A stretch of DNA of 30,252 nucleotides from a virus. Lineage: Duplodnaviria > Caudoviricetes. Below are positions 24,859 to 30,252 of this stretch, in pieces (the first letter of the stretch is position 1; each line of letters starts with the position of its first letter). The position numbers were made by a program, and so were the translations under genes. The notes under the pieces were generated by a model. It did no database searches, was not told the origin of the DNA, and saw only the letters and a program-made list of their open reading frames with translations. The stretch is from IMG/VR virus record IMGVR_UViG_3300036546_000397, positions 1-30,252 of that record, one strand, 5' to 3'.

Positions 24859-24926
24859 TGTAGAATGGCGGTCGCTTTTCTACTGGCCAGGTTTGTACCC
24901 CAAATACAAGCTTGGCGTCTTTTTTT
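24859..24926 (+). ncRNA. Candidate cis-antisense sRNA upstream of the tyrosine recombinase
   Basis: TTGTTA-N16-TATAAT (24825-24852), two hairpins and a T run; G-U pairs favour the + strand. Confidence 0.5.
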
Positions 24927-25218
24927 ACTTCATCCGATTGAATTCGTTATGTTTTTTTACATGTTCACTTTCTAGTTCTAGAAATTTGATCGCATCGATC
25001 TGCAGAACATTAATGAGTTCCAATACGAGTGGAATCGGTAGTTTTTGACCCCTTCGACCACTTTCTATTTGGTAATAATAATAGTGTGAGAGATTCAACA
25101 TTCTTGATACTTCTTCAACCGATAAACCCAGATTGTTTCTGTGTTCAATCAGATAAAACCTTGGTAGTGGTGTGGCTTGGTCACGATTCTGAACTTTCCC
25201 TGTTCCGTTGACAGGCAT
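24925..25218 (-). CDS. XRE family HTH protein (Cro-like)
   Basis: L...R..LGLS.EEVS..L.LS..YY.QIESG.R pattern; AAGGAGG RBS before ATG 25218. Confidence 0.85.
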   Translation of the reverse strand: MPVNGTGKVQNRDQATPLPRFYLIEHRNNLGLSVEEVSRMLNLSHYYYYQIESGRRGQKLPIPLVLELINVLQIDAIKFLELESEHVKKHNEFNRMK

Positions 25219-25386
25219 GTACTTTCCTCCTTTCATCAAATTCGATGGTGCCTTGATTATATGAGAAAGCAATCTGTCAAAAAATAACTTGGAGAAGCGA
25301 AATCACAACAGCAACAAAAAGAGTTTTCATTTGGCTGAAAACCCTTGTTTTTACGATAGAATTGATAGTTAATGTCATCAGTAACA

Positions 25387-25416
25387 TTGACTTGTAAACA
25401 TTTGTTGTGGTATCAT
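25387..25416 (+). promoter_or_regulatory. Putative promoter of the repressor gene
   Basis: TTGACT-N18-TATCAT with a TGTG extended -10. Confidence 0.5.
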
Positions 25417-25453
25417 TATTGCAAAAATATACGAATGTGAAGAGGTGACCTCC

Positions 25454-26050
25454 ATGGTTAAATTAAACACCGAAGATGATTTTAATAATTTGTTCATCTG
25501 TGAGAATCTAAAGCGTCTACGCATCTCACACAATTTATCAACAACCCAAGTAGCTAGCGTCATAAAAAAATCCCGCCAAGGCTATCTCAATTACGAGAAT
25601 GGCTCCAGGGAGATTGGAATACACGATTTAATTAAGCTTTCTCAGTTCTATGGTGTTTCGATTGATCATATAACCGGTAATCCATTCTCAAACAGAATCA
25701 ATAACACGCTCGCATTCAGAACCTACGATATGATTGATAATGAGCTCAAGCAAGTCCTGCCTCACAATATCAATGCAGAAAATGATGATGTCATCCTGGT
25801 GAGATATAATGAGCAAAAGATCGACTTCTTCTGGCGCACTCAAACCTATCACAAGAATCAAGTGATGCTCTTCTCATACTATAACCGGCACTATGTCTCT
25901 AAGATATTTTACAACATAGATGGTGGAGGTTGTTTCTTTATATTTGACGAAATGTTTAACTTTACAAAAGCACAGTCAGAAAATCTCATTATACACGGCA
26001 TTCATGCCGGTACTATTTCAAAGAATTTTCAAATTCCGAACTTCTTATAA
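25454..26050 (+). CDS. XRE family repressor (CI-like)
   Basis: NLKRLR...LS..QVA......Y..YENG.RE.....LIKLS..YGVSID HTH; divergent from the Cro-like gene; GAGGTG RBS. Confidence 0.88.
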   Translation: MVKLNTEDDFNNLFICENLKRLRISHNLSTTQVASVIKKSRQGYLNYENGSREIGIHDLIKLSQFYGVSIDHITGNPFSNRINNTLAFRTYDMIDNELKQVLPHNINAENDDVILVRYNEQKIDFFWRTQTYHKNQVMLFSYYNRHYVSKIFYNIDGGGCFFIFDEMFNFTKAQSENLIIHGIHAGTISKNFQIPNFL

Positions 26051-26064
26051 ATCTTACAATACGT

Positions 26065-26109
26065 TTGTGCCACTGGCATGTAGTTTTTAAATTTCGTTAG
26101 TGATAAACT
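26065..26109 (+). promoter_or_regulatory. Promoter with 19-bp operator, copy 2
   Basis: TTGTGCCACTGGCATGTAG-N20-TAAACT with TG extension. Confidence 0.65.
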
Positions 26110-26112
26110 ACT

Positions 26113-26197
26113 GTTGGTAGGTTAGGCAGCATCACAAACTCAGTGCTCATAAGGCACGCACTTTCCCTAGGGATTGCTATGGCAATTCCTTTTTTTC
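26113..26197 (+). ncRNA. Candidate sRNA/leader RNA whose 5' end is antisense to the tyrosine recombinase CDS
   Basis: Lies between a promoter and a terminator; 26113-26128 is identical to 24667-24682, with a gapped extension. Confidence 0.5.
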
Positions 26198-26200
26198 TTT
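26169..26200 (+). terminator. Intrinsic terminator
   Basis: AGGGATTGC-TATG-GCAATTCCT followed by TTTTTTCTTT. Confidence 0.75.
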
Positions 26201-26222
26201 TTATCCTTTAGAAAGGATACCA

Positions 26223-26405
26223 ATGAAGAAGACTACGATCGTCACCGATCAGATGAAATATGATTACTCAGCTAAAATAGCTTTTAACCTTTATATGGAG
26301 AAGCTCCTTACTGAAAGTGAATACAAAGAAATACTGTCCAGATTGAAACAACAATACAACACAACCTTTATTACATCAGAAAGCAATGAAATAGTTGGAA
26401 ATTGA
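26223..26405 (+). CDS. Small SHOCT-like protein preceding the serine recombinase
   Basis: L...LLT..EY..I...L...Y pattern; AAGGA RBS; typical position upstream of large serine recombinases. Confidence 0.7.
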   Translation: MKKTTIVTDQMKYDYSAKIAFNLYMEKLLTESEYKEILSRLKQQYNTTFITSESNEIVGN

Positions 26406-26442
26406 CTTGCTATTCATTGCTTTTAGAGTGATGTATATGTAC
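26403..26442 (+). promoter_or_regulatory. Element-specific promoter motif, copy C
   Basis: TGACTTGCTATTCATTGCTTTTAGAGTGATGTATAT upstream of the AAGGAGG RBS of the recombinase. Confidence 0.65.
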
Positions 26443-26462
26443 TAACCAAGGAGGTAATATTT

Positions 26463-28181
26463 ATGCAAAACAAACAAGTCAGAGTCATACAACCAAAACC
26501 TGTGTTCGATTTATCAGGAACCATACCAAAGAACCTCAAAAAACGCGTGTGTGCCTACGTTCGAGTGTCTACCGATAATGAGGAACAGAAAACGAGTTAC
26601 ATTGCTCAAACGGACGAATACACCGAAAGGATTCAAAATAACCCTGAATGGACATTCTGTGGTATCTATGCAGACGAGGGCATTAGTGGTACTTCCACTA
26701 AGCACAGGAAACAGTTCAATAATATGATGGATGCTGCAAAGCGTGGTGAAATCGATTTGATCATGACGAAATCAATCTCACGTTTCGCTAGAAACACAGT
26801 TGATTGCTTAAACTACATCAGAGAGATGCGTGCAATCAATGTTGAGATATTCTTCGAAAAAGAAAACATCTACTCCTCAGATCCAAAGGTGGACTTCCTA
26901 TTAACCATCATGTCATCCATCGCCCAAGAGGAAGCAAGAAACGTGAGCGAGAACGTCAAATGGAATGTTCAGAAGCGATTCAACAATAGCGTTCCAATTG
27001 TGAATCACAATCGGTTCTTAGGTTATACCAAAGACAAACGAGGTGGCAACTTAATCGTTGTTCCTGAAGAAGCTAAAATCGTCCGTGAAATCTTCCAAAT
27101 GTATGTGAGTGGAATCGGACCGATGAAGATTGCAAAGCACATGGAATCCTTAGGTGCTACCACCGGTGCTGGTGCAACCAAATGGAGTATGTCCACAGTC
27201 GCAGTTATTCTTAAGAACGAAAAATACATCGGTGATTTGGTTCAACAGAAAACACTCACGGTTGATTACCTTTCACATAAGAAAGTTAAGAATAAAGAAC
27301 TCGCTCCGATGTATCACACCGAGAATGCGCATGAAGCAATCATCGATAGAGAAACATTCCTCCTTGCTCAAAGGATCAGAGAGGATCGTAGCAAGGTGAA
27401 AGTTGGTAAAGATAAGAACCTGGCCAAGTACAATGTCACTTATCCATTCTCAGCATTTATCGTTTGCTCAGAGTGTGGTCGAACCTTAAAGAGACGTTAT
27501 TGGAACTACGGTACACCAGCACAAAGAGTCATGCAGCAATGTGGTGGTTACATCGACGGTAAAGCTCACTGTAAGGCTAAGGCAACTTATCAAGAGATGA
27601 TTGAAGGAGCGACTGTGAAAATGCTAAACGAGGTGTTTTTACAGGAAAAGGATATCATTCCAAACATCCAGAAAATCATCAAATCGACCATACGAGTTAG
27701 CGATGTTGAAATCAAGATTCAGAAGCTTCAAACACAAGGCGATGAGCTTGAGAGAATGATATCAAACCTCATTGATGTTCAAGTGAAGAATCCTAATCTT
27801 TCCCAGGAGGATTTCAATAGCAAATACCAATCATTGACCTTGCAGCTACACAATAACAAAACCGAGATTAGAAAACTTGAAGGAGAGTACTTAACGAACT
27901 ACGATACACGTTCAAGACTTGCGAAGATTGAAACAACGCTCAACAATTTACTAGAACCGATTCAGGAAGTTGATAGTGACACCTTACGCTCATTTATCTA
28001 CAAGATCATCTCAGTAACACCTGAAAACATCGTCTTCTGTGTGGCAGGAACCAAGAATTATACTGATAAAGAATTCTCAGAAAATAGACATACTTTTGAA
28101 GCACTAAAACCACTAGCAACTGGTACTTATCACAACGAAAAGTATGATAAGATTATGAATTATAAGGTCGTTATTATCTAA
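26463..28181 (+). CDS. Large serine recombinase (integrase)
   Basis: AYVRVST catalytic motif, D.GISG, SRFARN, recombinase domain, C..C...C...C zinc ribbon and coiled coil. Confidence 0.96.
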   Translation: MQNKQVRVIQPKPVFDLSGTIPKNLKKRVCAYVRVSTDNEEQKTSYIAQTDEYTERIQNNPEWTFCGIYADEGISGTSTKHRKQFNNMMDAAKRGEIDLIMTKSISRFARNTVDCLNYIREMRAINVEIFFEKENIYSSDPKVDFLLTIMSSIAQEEARNVSENVKWNVQKRFNNSVPIVNHNRFLGYTKDKRGGNLIVVPEEAKIVREIFQMYVSGIGPMKIAKHMESLGATTGAGATKWSMSTVAVILKNEKYIGDLVQQKTLTVDYLSHKKVKNKELAPMYHTENAHEAIIDRETFLLAQRIREDRSKVKVGKDKNLAKYNVTYPFSAFIVCSECGRTLKRRYWNYGTPAQRVMQQCGGYIDGKAHCKAKATYQEMIEGATVKMLNEVFLQEKDIIPNIQKIIKSTIRVSDVEIKIQKLQTQGDELERMISNLIDVQVKNPNLSQEDFNSKYQSLTLQLHNNKTEIRKLEGEYLTNYDTRSRLAKIETTLNNLLEPIQEVDSDTLRSFIYKIISVTPENIVFCVAGTKNYTDKEFSENRHTFEALKPLATGTYHNEKYDKIMNYKVVII

Positions 28182-28265
28182 TTTTTTTTGAAGCAAAATA
28201 TGTTGCCTAAGACAACCATTAGGACAAAAAGCCCACAAATCGTTTATAACTTAACACTGAAATAT

Positions 28266-28310
28266 AAAAAAAGGCTATCTCGTAGTTTGTTACAAGATAG
28301 CCAATTTTAT
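28266..28310. terminator. Bidirectional terminator between the recombinase and lspA
   Basis: GGCTATCT...AGATAGCC stem (28273-28302) flanked by A- and T-rich tracts. Confidence 0.7.
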
Positions 28311-28434
28311 TATTTGTTCAACAACTGAGTTACTATGTTTGAACCTACAAGATTGTCATATGAAACTTTCATCAGCACCAAATACACATGCATCACATTA
28401 GATGATGTATACATTTCTTTTTCAGAAACCCATT

Positions 28435-28899
28435 TCATAACTTAGAAATTTTAGGCATAGCTCCTTTAAACAAAAGCATATATGAAAGTATAACTACTCC
28501 TATAACTACAAAAACGTCTGCAAAATTAAAAATGGGATAATTAATTAGTGTAAAATCGAGAAAGTCGGTCACATAGTTCAATCTAATTCTATCGATAAGA
28601 TTCCCTAAAGCACCGCCGATAATGATTGCTAAAGATAGTTTAAGGGCTACCTCTTTTGTTTTAAATAATCGTATTAAATAGTACGTTAATACGCCAACAA
28701 CAATTGCTGTGAATATTATTAAAAATGCCTGCATATTCATCATAATGCTAAATGCTGCTCCCGTATTCCTTGCATAAGTTAAATGAAATACATCTTGAAA
28801 AATGGGTATAAATCCTAGCGGTTTCAATTGCGTTTCTGCAAGATACTTTGTCCACTGATCAACCCCCGTCAATAATATTATTATAAATATATATAACAT
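28435..28899 (-). CDS. lspA: Lipoprotein signal peptidase II
   Basis: DQ.TK, NTGAAFS, GGALGNLIDR, V.DF and FN.AD motifs. Confidence 0.95.
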   Translation of the reverse strand: MLYIFIIILLTGVDQWTKYLAETQLKPLGFIPIFQDVFHLTYARNTGAAFSIMMNMQAFLIIFTAIVVGVLTYYLIRLFKTKEVALKLSLAIIIGGALGNLIDRIRLNYVTDFLDFTLINYPIFNFADVFVVIGVVILSYMLLFKGAMPKISKL

Positions 28900-29058
28900 T
28901 TTCTTCCCCCTTAATTTTAACTTCTGGTTTGATCTATCTACTTAAATACAATTATGCTCCCTTAGATTACAACTAGATGAAATTGTTTTTATTTGAAGAG
29001 ACTAAGATTATCATAACCAATATGAACACAATCCCTTAACACATTCGAATCAAATCAA

Positions 29059-30252
29059 CTATTTATTTTTGTAATCATATTTGAGTACTCTCATTGCGTT
29101 CAGAACTGCTAATAAAGATACCCCAACATCAGCAATCACGGCTTCCCACATAGTTGCGATTCCGATAGCTCCTAAGGCTAGAAACAGGAATTTGACTCCT
29201 AGTGCGAAGTATATATTTTGCCAAACAATCTTTCTGGTTCTCTTTGCCACAAAGACCGCAGTACCTATCTTTGAAGGTTCATCATTCATTATCACGACAT
29301 CAGCTACATCGATGGCTGCATCGGCACCGAGTCCACCCATAGCTATACCGATATCAGCTCTCGCTAATACTGGTGTATCGTTGATACCATCACCTACAAA
29401 GAATAGTTTTCCCTTGCTCGATTTTTGGAGTAATAACTCCTCTACAATGTTGAGTTTATCTTCAGGCAACAATTCGCTATGAATTTCATCGATATCTAGC
29501 TCTTTTCCAACTGTATCAGCAACTAATTTCTTATCACCAGTTAGCATGACAGTTTTTTTAATGCCTAATGATTTCAACATTTTGATAGCTGCTTTTGAGT
29601 CTTTCTTTATCTGATCTGAGACAACAATATTTCCAACATATTTCCCATTGATAGCGATGTATATAATTGAACCCAAGGCAACAGATTCCTTGAATTCAAT
29701 ACCTTCTCTTTTCATCAACCTAGCATTCCCTATTGCAATGACGTCATTTTGATAGGTTGCTTTCACACCGTGTCCAGATATTTCTTCAACATCAGTTATT
29801 AAACTTTGATCAATTTGTTTATTGTATTTATTGACGACTGAGACAGCGATAGGATGATTAGAAAAACTTTCCACATAAGCTGCTTTTTCAAGTAACTCTT
29901 CTTGTGTTGCACCATTTGCTGTATTAATTTCAGTCACCGTAAACGTTCCTTCAGTCAATGTGCCAGTCTTATCAAAAACTGCAATCTCAATGTTATTTAA
30001 TGCTTCTAGGTAATTCCCACCTTTAACTAAGATACCATTTCTTGATGCAGCTCCAATACCGCCAAAGAAACCAAGCGGAATAGATACAACGAGTGCACAT
30101 GGACATGAAATAACTAAGAATATAAGTGCTCTATAGATCCATTCCTCAAAAGTTGCACCTTGTATAACGAGTGGTGGTATTACCGCAATCAAAACAGCCA
30201 ACGAAGTGACAATTGGAGTATATACTCGTGCAAATTTAGTGATAAAATTCTC
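29059..30252 (-). CDS. cadA: Heavy-metal (Cd/Zn/Pb) P1B-type ATPase, 5'-partial
   Basis: CPC, DKTGT, HP, TGD and GDGIND motifs; the frame stays open to the window end (ENFITKFARVYTP). Confidence 0.9.
   Translation of the reverse strand, partial: ENFITKFARVYTPIVTSLAVLIAVIPPLVIQGATFEEWIYRALIFLVISCPCALVVSIPLGFFGGIGAASRNGILVKGGNYLEALNNIEIAVFDKTGTLTEGTFTVTEINTANGATQEELLEKAAYVESFSNHPIAVSVVNKYNKQIDQSLITDVEEISGHGVKATYQNDVIAIGNARLMKREGIEFKESVALGSIIYIAINGKYVGNIVVSDQIKKDSKAAIKMLKSLGIKKTVMLTGDKKLVADTVGKELDIDEIHSELLPEDKLNIVEELLLQKSSKGKLFFVGDGINDTPVLARADIGIAMGGLGADAAIDVADVVIMNDEPSKIGTAVFVAKRTRKIVWQNIYFALGVKFLFLALGAIGIATMWEAVIADVGVSLLAVLNAMRVLKYDYKNK

Larger units (their letters stand above)
2860..28181. 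mobile_element. Defective prophage / phage-derived island with defence cargo (left boundary uncertain; core 5939-28181)
   Basis: Serine recombinase, repressor/Cro pair, antirepressor, phage replication initiator, TerS-like, HNH and holin-like genes in phage order. No TerL, portal, capsid or tail genes. att sites not identified. Confidence 0.8.

Noticed and set aside
25256-25280. TTGACA...TATAAT promoter for the Cro-like gene
   Set aside because: The spacer is only 13 bp; the -10 may be real but the pair is not a canonical promoter.
28310-28438. 42-codon minus-strand ORF overlapping the lspA stop (MKWVSEK...), considered as a disrupted integration target
   Set aside because: No recognisable motif, and no matching half-gene or att core was found at the left end.

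Overview
AT-rich, standard-genetic-code bacterial window (Bacillota/Acholeplasmatales-like by gene content; inference). Most of it (about 2.9/5.9 kb to 28.2 kb) is a decaying prophage-like island. From right to left it carries a large serine recombinase, a divergent XRE repressor/Cro pair, an internal tyrosine recombinase, a BRO/KilA-C antirepressor, a Xis-like HTH, a DUF4373 replication initiator with iterons, an ArpU/RinA-like regulator, a type I (IC-like) R-M system plus AbiH, a TerS-like gene, a ParB-methyltransferase, metK, an HNH nuclease, a TPR-HEPN gene, pseudogenised holin-like genes and a five-gene operon (2TM, HExxH peptidase, small Pol-beta nucleotidyltransferase, Abi_2 HEPN, trypsin-like lipoprotein). 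Head and tail genes are absent and a probable deletion junction lies near 6745. The flanks are an ABC exporter (left) and lspA plus a partial heavy-metal P1B-ATPase (right). The most striking unannotated signals are non-coding: (i) two direct-repeat dif-like 28-bp sites, each abutting six 11-bp-phased repeats, bracketing an 8693-bp rep+ori+R-M+AbiH module; (ii) a candidate trans-acting sRNA antisense to the tyrosine recombinase mRNA, driven by one of two twin promoters that share a 19-bp operator; (iii) a ~194-nt rod-like RNA with its own promoter and terminator downstream of the TPR-HEPN gene. All family calls come from motif reading; no database searches were run.
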